This document shows, one piece after another, positions 14,601 to 26,393 of a stretch of DNA of 64,000 nucleotides. A program made the position numbers and the translations under genes. The notes beneath the pieces were generated by a model. That model worked only from the letters and a program-made list of their open reading frames with translations. It ran no database searches and was not told the origin of the DNA. Source of the DNA: Epithemia pelagica (lineage: Eukaryota > Protista > Bacillariophyta); assembly GCA_946965045.2 (NCBI GenBank), contig OX337228.1:5022001-5086000 (forward strand), written 5' to 3'. The stretch's first letter is position 1; every line of letters begins with the position of its first letter.

Positions 14601-17600
14601 CTCAAATCAGAACTGAATTGGCCAGTGGGCAACAAAGATCCGATTGACTTTTCGCGTGGGAAACTTGGTGCAGGGCTGCGATGGGACTTGTTCTGGCACT
14701 TGCTTGACGGAATATTCTTCTCCACGACTGGGAAAATGTCTGTTTCGTTCAAGGATAGCAGAGAGGCTCTTACATTACTTGACCAGATATCAAATGTGAT
14801 TCGTAATGGCATAGCTCAGAAACAAATGCAACAGACTCCGCATCTTGTTCTATTGAACAGGAAGTTCTACCATTCGGAACTAAAACCGTTAATGGCACGT
14901 TGGCAGCTGCTTTATCTTCGGAACAAGCGCTTGCCGTCGGTTGAGGACCAACATCTGGTGTCTTACATGGTAAACGGACCAATCAAGGACAAAAAGGCTG
15001 CTTCCGCTGTTCATGTTTCACTGGACGATGAGTACATGAAGATGCTGAACTTAAGCCATGACCTCTTACGTAATTTCCTTCCTCATGTTCTGAGCAAGAT
15101 CAACCGTGTTTCATTTGGTTTGCTATCCAAGACGGACCTCAAGCAAGCCCTCGAGTCAGATCCAAATGTGTCTCTTGCCCGAAGGCTGGCGGCAATTCCC
15201 TTTGTCGGAAAGGACATTCCCAGTCGTGCAAGTCAGTTCTCCCACCCGGATATTGTGATCGGTTTAACAACCATGGCGTATCGCTATGAAGGGCTCCGGT
15301 TCAGCGACTTTGAGAACGTGCTTTTTGCTCTTCGAGAGCAGCTGGATTCTGAATTCGGTCCCTACCACAAGCGACCAGCGTCATTACTTTACAAGTCTTG
15401 GGTCGAGGAAGCTGGGGGCAAAGTCAGAGGTCCTAGAGAAGGTGAAGAGTCTGGTGATAATGACTTGGAAGCATCATTCTTCAGGTCCCCGATTAACCGT
15501 CCTGGTGTCCGTGGATCCGATGACATTTGGCCTCTGCATCTGCTTGATCTCAAGGACGAGCAGCACATGAGCGTGACCTACAGCTTGCTTCGCTTGATTC
15601 CACAAGTAATCAACTACTACTTGAACAGTTTTGTTTTCCCTTTGGTAATGGAACACCATCATGAAAAGATCAGTGCTTCGGGACAGGACCTCGGAGGCGA
15701 AATGCTTTTTGGCAGACGTGTTGGTTTCTCTGGGACACCAAGCGATCTCTTGCCCGAAGAACTCGGCCAGTGTCAATACGACGAAGGTGTTGACGGTCAG
15801 ATCATTCATTATCTGACATCCACTGCGATGGTGTCTCACCGCATGCTCTCTGACAACTGGTCGGTGAAGGGGCTTTTGGATGACATCGCACACGCCGATC
15901 CACCATTTCACGTTTTGCTTGATTGTGGAGCGCTTGTCACAGGGATGAGCAACTATGACGTAGCCAAGTACCTGCTCACAAACGGCCTTCGAAAAGAGAT
16001 TGATGGGGTTGTATTCTTGGATCACAAGGATAGAAAGATGATATTGATGCGCCAAGGAATGAATGTTGTTCGCCTTAATCAGTCTGGAATTCCTCCGCAC
16101 CGACGTTTCTCGTTTTATGACCAGATTCATACCACTGGGATGGATATTCATCAGTGTATCGATGCCAGAGCTGCGCTCACCCTTGGAAAAGATATGACTT
16201 TCAGAGATTATGCACAAGGAGCGTTCCGTATGCGAGGAATCGGTAAGGGACAAACAATCGAATTGTTTGTGATCCCTGAGGTAATGAAGCTCGTGAATGA
16301 CCAGAAATCGCGGTCCTCTCCAACAGCAGTTGTTCCTCAGAATCATCCCGTCTCCCCGGCTTCTCTTGGAGGATACGGCTCAGACCTGCTGTCGATGGCC
16401 GGCACCGGCAATCCGGGTGCCTACCAAAACCAGGCCACGGGATCACCACAACAGTTGCTTGTAGATGTTGCAGCCTGGTTGACAGTGAATGGTATGAAAA
16501 GTGAGAATATGCAGTTTCGAATGCTTTGTCATCAGAGTATCGACAACGTTTCAAGAAAGAGAGCCTACAATGTATTGACCTCGAACTTCCGCGAACTCAC
16601 CCAGGTAGCGTTTGCCGGGCGGGCAAAAGAGTTTGTTCCGAAAACTCAGTCTAGATCCCACTCTGATATCGAAGGGGACCTTGACATGGACATCGGTGCG
16701 ACCGACCTGTTGTCAGATGATGCTGAGGCTATCCGTAGTGTCGTAGATGCCTCGGGAACTTCAAAATCCAGTAAAACGACTGTTGGAATTGAAGTAATTC
16801 AGAAATGCCTGGATATTCTTGCGGAACGCCTTGATTTCACAGTACCAAACAGTATTCCTGTACCCGTGCCTCTCTCAGAAACTCTACGCAACAGTATTAT
16901 GCGAAGACAGGATTTTATCCGAAACGACTATGACAAGGCAGTCGTCGATAAAATTTTGATGGTTTTGGTGAATTCAGAAGGCCCAAGTAAGCGGAAGGGT
17001 GAAGCATCTCATCCTGAAGAAGATGAAGACGTGGATGTGAATATTCAGAAGGAACAGGTTGCTGAAGAGGAGGTTCTGAAAGAACAGGTGAGTAGAATCA
17101 TTCTCTTGCATTGTGTTTCATGTGGCGGCTCTAATGGCTCATCAAATTTAGGAAGAGGAGGAGGAGGAAGAAGAAGAAGAGGAGGAAGAAGAGGAGGAAG
17201 AAGAAGTGGTAAAAGAAATTGCAAGGAACAAAAAGTACTCTAGGGATGGCGAAAACCCTAAAGCCTGGCCAGTCAAGAGTCTCTCGGTCACTCGGCGGGA
17301 TGATGACCCAGACTTTGCGAAACGCAGTAAAGAAGCTACGGAACGAGGCGAGGAAAAAGTTCTGTCATGGGAGAAGTTTTTCTATCCAGCATCGGACTTT
17401 TCAGTCAAGAATTATGTTTTTGGAAAAGGGGTGTCTCTGGAATTTCCCGATTACCTACATGTATCTAACAACTACTACGACAAAAAATGGAACATGAAGA
17501 CACACAGGCGTTTGAAGAATGTGATCGTTACGATGGACTTCTTCCCTTCCGAGTCGGCTCTTCGAGAGATTGCAGCTGTTGGAAAAGCATTTACAGCAGA

Positions 17601-19266
17601 ACAGGAACACGTCTTGAAGCGTGCGTTTGTTGGAGCCGACGGAAACCACTCGGGGAAGATATCGGTGGAAGAGCTAAGGGAAGTTCTTCGCGCCGTTGAC
17701 GTTGATGTTGAAGGAGAAGACGGGGACAAGTTCTTCGAACAGATTCCTGATATTCAGTCTCGCGCCATCACATTTGATGAGTTGAAGCATTATCTTACTC
17801 AGCGCATGTTCTACCGAGTTCAAGCAGGTCGATACTACGTGATTCTTTCGTTGTTTGAAGCCGAATGTTTGCGTGCTGTAATGCATCAACAATCTGCTCT
17901 GCCTCTTGTACCAGGAAAAGATGCAGCTGTGGCAATCAGAACAGAGAAGACAGTCCTTGATGCGACCTTTGGATACAAGCGAGCTCAGAGTTTCCAAGAT
18001 GCCACAGCTCAAGCCTGTTTCCGGTTCATAGATAGTCAGGTCAATTACCAACCGAGAGAGCTCACATTGTTGTTGCGTTCTCTTCAGAACAACCAACTCG
18101 AGAAGCGGTACAATTATTTCGTCGAAGTCAGGAGCAACCGGCGAAGAAAGCAAGTTGACCCCTCCACAGCGTCGATTTCAAAAATATTTATTACCGCTGA
18201 CGAACACCACCTTCTCAATTACAAGATTGCAGCTGGACGAATGACAGCACTGCTGAAATCAAGAGGAATGTATCCACGAGATGCTTTCGTCGCAATCGAC
18301 GGTGACAGGGATGGATTACTCAGCGTCGAAGATCTGCGTCGAGGTATGCAGTGGCTCGGACTAAACCTAGACGCATCACTTCTTGGCGGGTTCATGAAAG
18401 AGGTTGACAAAGACAACGACGGTTTCATCAACCTTGATGAGTTCAAAGGAGCCGTCGGTTTTGATGAAGGTTCTGAGAATCTTCAAGATATGGGGACATT
18501 CAATGGCGGCATGCCCTTACCTCCAATGCCGACTGCGGATCAAGAAAAACAGAAGGTTCAGATTCCTGCAGCTGTCCTTGGTTCCATTAAGGTGAAAGTA
18601 AAGAAGGTTTCACGGTTCACTTTGGTTTGGAACAGCCAAGGAAGTATGAGTCGCTACAAGACCAGTATATGGGATTCCAATGTCAGTAGTGGTATTAAGC
18701 AAAACAAGGCATCGATCTGCCTAGGTCACTTTGCTGGAAGTGGCTACGAGAACCCCAATAAGGACAGCCAGGAACGTCTCTTCCTTGAAGTAACTGATAC
18801 CTCTGGTAGTTGGATGGGTGGGAGTAGTTGGCTTCCTCACGTATTGGATCGTTTCATGCCGCATCCAGCTCGATTCCGACTTGCTTGGTCTTTGACGCAT
18901 GGGGCAAACCCTTTTTATGCCTGGGAGCCTGTCCCTCCTGGTGACGAGTTCGTTGCTCTCGGGTTTATCGGTTCGAAGGACGACAAGCAACCAAGCGTAA
19001 ACTGCATGCGCTGTATTCCAAGAAGCTGGTGCAAAGAAAGTGCGCATATTCAAAAGATATGGGATGATAGTGGTTCATCGGGACGCGCTGGAAGCATTTG
19101 GATTTTCAACTCGTTGAACCTGGTGGGTTTTGTGAGTGGAAGTGACCCTCCAAGACGCACGCCTTTCGACCTTGTTTCAAGGCGCTTTTTCATGAAAGAT
19201 TATACTGACATCAGATCAGACAAGGTTGTGGCTACACCGGGTGGATATCAAGGCCCCAAAGCATAG
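5673..19266 (+). CDS. Giant ~4509-aa protein: SH3 + low-complexity linker + DUF3638/DUF3645-type SF2 (SecA-like) ATPase + poly-Glu + EF-hands + Vps62-like repeats
   Basis: Exon 5673-17087 (3805 codons), GT-AG intron 17088-17151 (64 bp), exon 17152-19266 in frame with the 686-aa ORF. SH3: YVAKHAF...WWWGTCNGRDGWFPPTYV. ATPase motifs: QMIMGAGKTT, LLDEVD, GFSGT, TGMDI, QGAFRMRG. DUF3645-like: AIPFVGKDIPSRASQFSHPD. EF loops: DGNHSGKISVEE, DGDRDGLLSVED, DKDNDGFINLDE. Vps62-like: WEPVPPGDEFVALG, IWDDSGSSGRAGSIW. Confidence 0.88.
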
Positions 19267-19517
19267 GAACCGATTAACTTTAAGAAACATAGATTTTTAT
19301 GCTGTCGTTTTCAGGCTTTCCATTTTCCATTATAGACGAAGCAGTCCCAATTCCCAAAATCCATCGAACTGAGTTTTCTCGCGAGTCGGGGAAGCAAACG
19401 GTTGATTAACTGTCAGTAGTATATGTCTGCCAATATCATTGTAGGTATAATTGTCAGTAGACTATAAAATATACCATGCGAAATGCGAATACCTTTATCC
19501 TTTGTCGCCATTACACG

Positions 19518-22500
19518 TTATGCTTTCACTTTGGCCAGGAAAGAAAATTCTACGATCTTGAAGGCATCATTGGCATCTTTCAAGATGGCATCAGTTCCGT
19601 CAATACACACGAGAGTTCCTTCCAAACCGACTTCATTGCCACCAGTGACGAGAACGGGATCATGTTCAGCTGGAACCACCATGGATATGTCGTGGACGGC
19701 AACATTTTCAGTTGAACCGTCTTCGAGCTCCACCACAATTTTGCTCGGATGAATCTCCTTCACCGATCCCTTCTTTTCACTTGGACCCTTTAAGTTAATA
19801 CAAACGCGTTCCATCAACCAACCCGGACGCTCCTCATTATCCGGCAAATCGTGCTCCACTTCACTCGCCGTTTGTTGCTCTCGTTTGACAGAAACACCAC
19901 TGTTATGATTGTTCGTCGACGAGGAAGAAGACTCTTCTTTCACGGTCGCATTTCCTTTGGAGGAACTAGCGCCGTTGGTGTCAAAGTCCTTGGGCTCCTT
20001 TACAACAGGTTGTTCTTGCGTCGGTGGTGGAGGAGGGGCACCCCATTCTCCTTCGGCTTGATTATTTGATGACGATCCCCAATCATCATCGTCATCACCG
20101 TCTTGGTCGTTGTTGGTGGCACCCCATCCGTCATTTTCTTTCGAAGTGTCAACATTATCTTGGTCAATCGAACCTCCGGGACGCCATACCTCATCTCCAC
20201 CTCCATCTGCGTCAAGGCCACCACTCGGATGTTTGGGAGTGGCACCTCCATGCATCGGCGTTTGACCAGCTGCAACAAAGGGTGTCGTTGGAGCCATGAC
20301 CGTGGGGTTCACCGGGGCATTCGACGATGACTGATTCTCTGTAGCTCCAAATTTATCACCAACAACGTGAACACGTTCATGTGTGACTGTCACTTTCTTT
20401 AATCGAGCATGAAGCTCCACCTGGACATGTGTTCCCGTCACATCGCACACCGTGCCGATGAATCCTTTCCAGCTACCAGCCTGGATACGAACAGTCTTGC
20501 CGATAAGTCCGTCATCCCGTTTCCGTGCTGGACCTCGGCTGTTTTGGTTGGACTGTGGTGTCCATGGCGACTGCCCACCATCCGCTCCTCCAGCCCTGTT
20601 TTGAGTTCGAGAACCGGCCAGAACACAACTTCGACTCTTCACAACGAATATTCCTGCGTGCTCCAATCTTGTTTGAGAATGCAAAAACAGCTGCGAACGA
20701 TTCATACGCTTGATTGTGGCAGCCTTTCCTTTGTGACGTCCCTCCACGACATTTACAGTGTCGCCACATCGAATTTGATTTCCTTGTACATCCAATGCCA
20801 CGGCCTTGTTGGACATGGTGTTTTTCTTACCCAACAACTCTTCTGGTCGAACTTCGCGAGCAATACCATGATTGTTCACCACGGTGAAATCCTCTCGACC
20901 GACACGGACAATCACACCAACTTCATTCACCGATCCTCCGCCACTCAGGACGACTAAATCATAGAGCTCGAAACTATTTAACTTGTCTTGGCCAGAAGCA
21001 ACTTCGGCGGTCTCTCGTAGTTGCGCCAATCGTACGGTGATTTGTTTGTTGGTAACATCGGTCAACACAATGGCCGTAAAATCGTTCGACGATGAACCAC
21101 CACCTTCCATTTTATCCACGGCCACGACGACTCCTGTTTCGTTGGCATACCGGCCGTCCATAACCTTGACATGAGTGCCTTCAGGAATATGCTTCCGCAC
21201 TTGACTCATCAAAAACTCGATTTCTCCCGTGAGCGAAGCGTCGGCACTTGTGGGTTGAACTTTGACTGTGGATCCATCCAAACTCACAATCTTTCCCTGT
21301 ACTCCAATTAAGTCTCCCTCAACGACTTCAATTGTATCTCCTATCAACAATCCACCAACTTTTTGTGCTTGCTTGTCAAAGCCTGTCTTATTTTGTAGTT
21401 CCGCCAACTCGTCCAGGAGGGATGCGGCAATTTTGGAACCTTCATTTTCCGCCCCTTCGTCATTGTCACCGCCTCCTGCCTTGCGTCGTTGAAATCGTTG
21501 TAATTCATCCAGTGTAGGTGGGTCTTCGTCTGTGCAGGGTTTGACCATCGAACCAACTGTCATTTCTTTTAGCAAATACCCATCTTCATAGAAATTGCCT
21601 TCAAAAACGTAACAGTAGGCATTGAGACCAGGGAATAGTTGGCGTAAAATATTGTGTTTGCCCATGGCCTTTAGTTCTTGTGGGCTAAAAAACTTTTGGG
21701 GAGGCCGCACGGTTCGTCTTCTCATGCGTGCTTCTTCGGCTGACAAATCACCCAAGGTTAGATCAAGACGAGGCACGCATTGGACAATACATCGCAATCC
21801 GGAATCTTTCACTTCCTTCACCAAGGCCAAGTCTCCCTTGTAATGTCCCCGCGTGAGACGGACCCATTCGTTTTTCTGGACGGGTTTCTTTTTGGATGTG
21901 ACCGTCATGACCGTGGTCATGTCTCCAATAGGTACCAATCGCATCGAGTACTGAAGCAATCCTCGGACATTTTGAATGGCTTCCATGACGGCTGGTTCCG
22001 AAAAGGCCTCGACATAAATTTTTCCTTTGGACTGTGCGGCAATGGCCCCGGTGATCCCCAAGGGTCTATTCTGACGAGCAAAAGCGACCGCCTTGTTCAT
22101 GAGCTGGAGGACCATATCTTGTTCCTTGCCCGTGGCACAGGAGATCATCCAAAAAGACGGATCATTGACAGAGGGCACCAGACTTTGTTGTGCGACAGCC
22201 GTATAGGCCTCCGGTCCTCCTTCATCGTCGACCACATCGCGGTGCATTTCCATGGGAACAGGTGGTGGTGGTGCATTGGGTGCTGTGGACGCAGCCAAAG
22301 TTGCCGAAGCGGCCGAAAGGTTGCCCCGTGCGGCGGCATTACCCGTAGCAGTGGCACTTTTACCTCCACTGGTCCTGGCCGGTGGCACATGTCGTGCATC
22401 CGGTCGAATCCTTCCATGATTCATGGGTCGTCGATTTTGCATTCGATGACGTTGTTCAATATCACGTGCCATTTCGGCGGCCGTTCGTTCCAACATGGCT

Positions 22501-22961
22501 CCTCCGGCTTGAGCACGACGTCGATCTTGCAATTTAATAAGTTCTAGTGCTTCGCGATCCATGCCTTCGCCATCGTCTCCACCAGCTCGTCCACCACCAC
22601 GGCCGCGGCGTTCATGCTCTTCTTCCTCTTCTTCATCACTGGCTTCCGCTTCGAGTTCAAAAAAGGAGGATGCTTTGGGACGTTTCCGTTGTTTCTCGCT
22701 TCCACCACCACCAGCCTTTCGTTTGCTAGTATTGGGCTTCGCTTTTGCTGGAGTCTCTTCTTCCTCCTCCTCATCGTCATCGTCGTCATCATCGTCGTCG
22801 TCGGAACTCAAATTGGCCGTGTTTTTCGAAGTGCTCGTGTTGCGACCTCCAGTATTGTTCATGGTACGTCCTCCCTGTTCCTCTTCCTCCGAGTCATCTT
22901 CCTCTTCATCTTCGGAATCGACATACGAGTTGGTCGGCGGTCGAAAGAATTTCTTGGACAT
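19518..22961 (-). CDS. SPT5: Transcription elongation factor SPT5 (~1147 aa)
   Basis: Acidic N-terminus, NGN domain (FWMISCATGKEQ...KGKIYVEA), several KOW repeats (IGDTIEVVEGDLIGVQGKIV, GDTVNVVEGRHKG, GKTVRIQAGSWKGFIG). Start placed at the ATG of MSKKFF (22961). Confidence 0.96.
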   Translation of the reverse strand: MSKKFFRPPTNSYVDSEDEEEDDSEEEEQGGRTMNNTGGRNTSTSKNTANLSSDDDDDDDDDDEEEEEETPAKAKPNTSKRKAGGGGSEKQRKRPKASSFFELEAEASDEEEEEEHERRGRGGGRAGGDDGEGMDREALELIKLQDRRRAQAGGAMLERTAAEMARDIEQRHRMQNRRPMNHGRIRPDARHVPPARTSGGKSATATGNAAARGNLSAASATLAASTAPNAPPPPVPMEMHRDVVDDEGGPEAYTAVAQQSLVPSVNDPSFWMISCATGKEQDMVLQLMNKAVAFARQNRPLGITGAIAAQSKGKIYVEAFSEPAVMEAIQNVRGLLQYSMRLVPIGDMTTVMTVTSKKKPVQKNEWVRLTRGHYKGDLALVKEVKDSGLRCIVQCVPRLDLTLGDLSAEEARMRRRTVRPPQKFFSPQELKAMGKHNILRQLFPGLNAYCYVFEGNFYEDGYLLKEMTVGSMVKPCTDEDPPTLDELQRFQRRKAGGGDNDEGAENEGSKIAASLLDELAELQNKTGFDKQAQKVGGLLIGDTIEVVEGDLIGVQGKIVSLDGSTVKVQPTSADASLTGEIEFLMSQVRKHIPEGTHVKVMDGRYANETGVVVAVDKMEGGGSSSNDFTAIVLTDVTNKQITVRLAQLRETAEVASGQDKLNSFELYDLVVLSGGGSVNEVGVIVRVGREDFTVVNNHGIAREVRPEELLGKKNTMSNKAVALDVQGNQIRCGDTVNVVEGRHKGKAATIKRMNRSQLFLHSQTRLEHAGIFVVKSRSCVLAGSRTQNRAGGADGGQSPWTPQSNQNSRGPARKRDDGLIGKTVRIQAGSWKGFIGTVCDVTGTHVQVELHARLKKVTVTHERVHVVGDKFGATENQSSSNAPVNPTVMAPTTPFVAAGQTPMHGGATPKHPSGGLDADGGGDEVWRPGGSIDQDNVDTSKENDGWGATNNDQDGDDDDDWGSSSNNQAEGEWGAPPPPPTQEQPVVKEPKDFDTNGASSSKGNATVKEESSSSSTNNHNSGVSVKREQQTASEVEHDLPDNEERPGWLMERVCINLKGPSEKKGSVKEIHPSKIVVELEDGSTENVAVHDISMVVPAEHDPVLVTGGNEVGLEGTLVCIDGTDAILKDANDAFKIVEFSFLAKVKA

Positions 22962-23417
22962 GGTGGTAGAACTGGAAACACAAGTGCTTTTGGTGATTTG
23001 GTGATGCAATCCAGGTTTTGGGAATGGTGCTATGATCGTCTCCTCGCTCGGGTCTGGAAGCTATGGACGATGTTGACGAGAGTTGTTCTCGTTGTGTGTA
23101 AGGTGCAGTATGGGTTTTCATTTTTCATCCAAAAAAGGGGGTGGTGGTAGTTTTTTTGGAAATGATGCCCTTTAACTTTGAGGGGGCGTATTTGAAAAAC
23201 TCGCAAAAAAGCCAATATTCGACGAAGAAAACAAAGACGACGACGACTCGGCAGTACAGCCGCAGCGAAACCAAAAGACACCCACATTTTTGTAACGAGT
23301 TGTTGCCTCGCAGAGTCTGCAAGAGAGATAGACTGAATTGCGTCATTGGACACATTTTTGTCAATGCAATCGACTTGAAACCAACATCTCCTTTCGTGAC
23401 AAGAACCAAGATTGACC

Positions 23418-26115
23418 ATGGCGAATCCGTATCCTTCGACGAATCCCAGTGGAATGCCTCAACCAGGTGGACCCGGACAGCAAGCAGGAGTATCCAATGT
23501 TCCCGATTCCTACTTTACTGAATCGCGCAAGGGAGAGATTAATGAGTTGCGCAATCTGTTACGTGGATTTGCGACCGAACGGGATCCCCAACGCAAACGT
23601 GATATCATCAAAAAGGTCATTGCCTACATGACCCTTGGCATTGATGTCTCACGTCTCTTTTCCGAAATGATGTACGTGTCTTTTGTGTGGATCAATCGCT
23701 GGTGAATGGAATGTGTGTGAAACTCGGCTCACCAGTCTTTGTTTGGCTCACTTTTCATTTTGTTACCTTCTTGTGTTTGTTGTGTCCTCGTCACCCTTTT
23801 TTGTCCTTAGGTTGGCCATTGAAACTCGTGATTTAGTCATCAAGAAAATGGTGTATTTGTATTTGACCAACTATGCACGAACACACCCTGAATTGGCACA
23901 AATGTGTACCAACACCTTACAAAAAGATTGTGGCAATGACGATCCCATGGTGCGAGGGTTGGCCTTGAGAGCTCTGTGTGGCCTACACTTGCCGCAAATG
24001 GTCGAATACATTGCCGAGCCACTCCGACGATCCTTGCAAGATGGCCATGCCTATGTTCGAAAAACAGGAGTCATGGGCATTCTCAAACTCTACCATTTAG
24101 ATCCAGACTCACTCGAATCCTCCGGATTTGTCGATATCTTGTACGATATGCTACGAGATCCAGACGCTAGTGTTGTTTGCAATTGCATTATTGTCTTGAA
24201 CGAAGTCATGCAGAAAAGTCCCAATGGTGGTATGGCCATAAACCGAGCCATTATGTTACATTTGCTCAATCGCATCGCTGAATTCAACGAATTTGCCAAA
24301 GTTCAAGTCTTGGAACTCGTACCTCGGTACATTCCAGCCCACGAAGAAGAGGGGTTTCAAATCATGAACTTACTCGATCCAGTCTTACGATCTTCCTCAC
24401 CAGCAGCCGTCTTGGCTACTGTCAAGGCCTTTATGAGTTTGGCCGAACACGTCGTAGATATGACTTCCGACGCCGATGCGGCCAAGAATATGAAACGACA
24501 AATTGTCGAACGTGTCAAACCTTGTCTGGTGACACAAGTAAGCGCTGGGTCGTCCGAACAAATGTACACATTGTTAAAGCATGTCAAGTTGCTGGCTGAA
24601 GTTTGTCCGGGCGTCTTAGACGATGAATATCGACAATTCTATGTCCGCTACAATGAACCCACTCATGTGCAATACTTAAAGGTTGAAATCTTGCCCCAAT
24701 TGGCCAACCCCGATACAGCGCCCGACATTGTTACAGAACTCGCAGAGCTCGTGAACAATTCGACCCATTCGAATTTGGCCAAGGCGGCTGTCCGGAGTAT
24801 GGCAACCATTGCCACAGCTCACGGACGTGGTGGACCCGGTGCCGTGGAAGCCATTGCGCGACGACTGGTCGAATTGCTGGATTTGAATATGGAACACGTG
24901 TCAGCCGAAGCCGCAACCTGTTTGGCCCTCATTGTTCGAACACCAGAAGGACAAGGTCTCAAGGCCCTCATGGCACCACCACTGATCCGGGCGCTCAAGT
25001 ATACAACCGAACCAGCCGGAAAAGCCAGTATCGTCTATTTACTCGCTGAGTGTGCCAGAGACAATGATAACGTTACAACACTCATCCCAGAGGCACCCTA
25101 TGCCTTGGAAAAACTCATTGACACCTATGAGGAACAAAACTTGGTTGTCAAATCGGCCCTCTTGTCGGCGACCGTCCGTCTATTTTTTCAACAGCCTGCG
25201 CAGTGTCAACGAATGCTTGGACGGTTGCTCCAGCATGCCACGAATGACGTGAGCAGCCAAAACTTGCACGATCGTGCCTTGCTCTACTACCGCATGTTGA
25301 AAACGGGCAATCCACACGATTTGGAACGAATTATTGCCCATGGAGGTGGTGAAGCAGCTGTGGCCAAGGAACAGTTTTCCGAGGATTTGCAACCCGAAGA
25401 AATGGAACAGCTCATGTTGGAATTTGATTCCTTGACCGTTATTTACGGAAAGCCCAGTGCGAACTTTATCGAACCAGAATATCAAGTCAAGTACACGAAA
25501 ATGCCACCGGAACATCCTCTGGCGCCAGGCACGGAAGACACTGGAGGAGCCACCGCTCCTCCAGCAGCAGTTCCACAACAGCATCAACCACAAGTACCTA
25601 TGACTGCGGAGCAGCCACTGACGGCGGAAGCACCGGCGGCGCCGCCAGTGGAAGTAGACTTGCTGGGTGGGTTTGGTGATCCTGCGCCTGCCCCCGTTCC
25701 ACCTCCCTCGGCATCACCCACAGGGTTGGTCTTATCGCCAACTGTCGCCATGTCCGGAGAAGAGTACCAGAGCAAATGGGGCTCTATTGATGACGCAAAT
25801 GCCATTGTATCGGCCGTTCCTTTACCCCGTTTGCCGGAATCCACACAGGTTGTAGAACAAGCATTGGCGTCCCATGCCATTCAAACAATGGCCAGTGGAG
25901 AGTTGGCAACGGAATTCAAGTTCTTTTTGTACGCACAGCAACAAGCTCCGGGTGGAAGTGGAGCACTCTTTCTGATTCAATCCAACATTGACAAGACCAG
26001 CTCTGAACCGCTCATGATTGTCACGCTAAAGATTGTCGATGATTCCATCCTTGGCAATTCCCCGCAAGCGTTGGCGGATCAGTTGGTGGAAATTCTATCC
26101 AAGGCACTAATGTGA
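23418..26115 (+). CDS. AP4B1: Adaptor protein complex beta subunit, most like AP-4 beta (~852 aa)
   Basis: Exons 23418-23671 and 23811-26115 with GT-AG intron 23672-23810. KKVIAYMTLGIDVS, LQKDCGNDDPMVRGLALRALC and the short C-terminal appendage fit beta-4 better than beta-1/2. Confidence 0.88.
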
Positions 26116-26393
26116 GGGATTAAGTCAAATAGACTAGTTTTCGAATCATTGTAGAAATAGACCGTATACTCTAGAGGAGCAGGCCAACTACAGTTCGATC
26201 GCAAATGGCAGCTCCTTTATCACATGATACTCCTCGTAACCTTAGAACATACTCCTAAGACCTAGGCTGCTTATCCAAGCACATAGGTAGCCTCCTTTTG
26301 AGGTGATGTCATCTTATATGCGACCTATCCGCGATGGACATTTTTCGTATCGGGGTTTCTTTTCTTGACAAAAATCTTGCCCCCTACAGAACA

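Noticed and set aside
15474-16346. 290-aa minus-strand ORF, and many other 60-250 aa ORFs overlapping long genes
   Set aside because: Antisense or alternate-frame shadows of well-supported genes, with no independent motifs.
17088-17243. Arg/Gly-rich C-terminal tail (GRGGGGRRRRGG...) of the 3856-aa ORF
   Set aside because: It arises from read-through of a canonical 64-bp intron; it is the poly-Glu codon run read in another frame.
19900-20300. A few WG/GW dipeptides in the SPT5 C-terminal region, suggesting an Argonaute hook
   Set aside because: Only three or four occurrences in a low-complexity region, far fewer than in plant SPT5L/KTF1.
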